A DNA stretch of 64,000 nucleotides, from the NCBI RefSeq assembly GCF_006345805.1, contig NC_043012.1, forward strand, positions 15,314,001-15,378,000, given 5' to 3'. This DNA comes from Octopus sinensis (Eukaryota). Numbering within the stretch: the first letter of the stretch is position 1; the number at the start of each line of letters is the position of its first letter. Of this stretch, positions 63,066-64,000 are shown in pieces. A model generated the notes under the pieces. The model saw nothing but the letters and a program-made list of their open reading frames with translations. It was not told where the DNA came from and ran no database searches. The position numbers were made by a program, and so were the translations under genes.

Positions 63066-64000
63066 TATAAAAAATAGAAAAGAGTGAAAAAACTACAGAA
63101 AGCTTGTTTTATAAGGTTAACCTTATAAAACCAGCCTTCTGTAGTTTTTTCAATCTTTTCTATTTTTTATACATCCAACAACGTGCTTTCACACATCAAC
63201 CACCCCATAACAGCACAAAATAACACTAGAATAAGAAACACACCACACACAAGTCACTACTATCCCATGACCCAGAATTACTGGTCCCCACCGAACACAA
63301 GACAAACACAAAATAACACTAAGTCAAGCAACATCCCACATACAAGCAATTCGAAGCAAAAATATATCACATACAGAAATTTTCCACACAAAGTGAAATA
63401 TCTAAGATCAAATCAAATTTCACCTGTGCCTCGGAAAATCTTATCTATGCCATTACATGCTTAGGGTGTGGTAATAATTATATTGGCCAAACAGGAATAT
63501 CACTCCGTCGAAGAACCACTCTCCACAAAGAACAAATCCGCCACCCACAATACTGACAGATACAGGTTAGTGAACACATAGAAATGTGTGCTAGGAATCT
63601 TATTCCTAATTTCCTAATTTTCCCCTTCTATCAATGTTCACAGAACACCTCAGTACAACAAAGAATGAATAAAGAGGCAACTTTTATCAATAAATATCTT
63701 CCACAACTCAATATGAACACATAACATAATACAGAACACTACTAACCTTTCAATTAATACCACTAACCCCCATACATCCCATACACCATTTACATTGCAG
63801 ATCTATATCTATCCTAATTGCACCAAATCCAGAACTACTTACCTCCCTTACACATACTAGTTTTACTCAGGGACTAGTAGACCTGATACCGTTCATTAAT
63901 CGGTGTGCATTCAAAGCAATGATTAGTTAATTCACGAAACCGGTATGCCTGTGTGTTTAAACTTCAAGTATTTTGAGTTCTCTGGAAGACCCTTTTTAAA
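63066..64000 (+). mobile_element. Penelope-like element 3' end (GIY-YIG domain) preceded by a palindrome
   Basis: SNFTCASENLIYAITCLGCGNNYIGQTG...HKEQIR...FINKYLPQLN at about 63410-63722; imperfect zero-spacer palindrome at 63066-63171. Confidence 0.85.

Overview
AT-rich, intron-rich animal DNA. The SINE, RTE and Penelope repertoire and dense microsatellites point to an octopus/cephalopod genome (inference). Three spliced genes could be assembled by hand with GT-AG sites and consistent intron phases: (1) the last four exons of an unidentified + strand gene with an acidic C-terminus (to 4656); (2) a complete 10-exon COPE (coatomer epsilon, 300 aa) on the - strand (25100-8438); (3) a 4-exon + strand gene (46846-62793, 335 aa) encoding a predicted type II membrane protein with a bacterial-like HtrL/YibB putative glycosyltransferase domain. 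The rest is mostly transposon debris: mariner/Tc1, hAT, piggyBac-like and Helitron-like elements, CR1, Tx1/L1, RTE, R4/Dong and Penelope retroelements, solo LTRs, and five SINE or SINE-like families. The most unusual signal is a set of long inverted repeats, probably Penelope-derived, carrying minimal type I hammerhead-ribozyme folds with non-canonical cores (CCGAUGA, CCGAAGA, GUGAACA), plus a weaker AUGAUUA candidate behind a Penelope endonuclease fragment. Family assignments are from motif recognition only; no searches were run.
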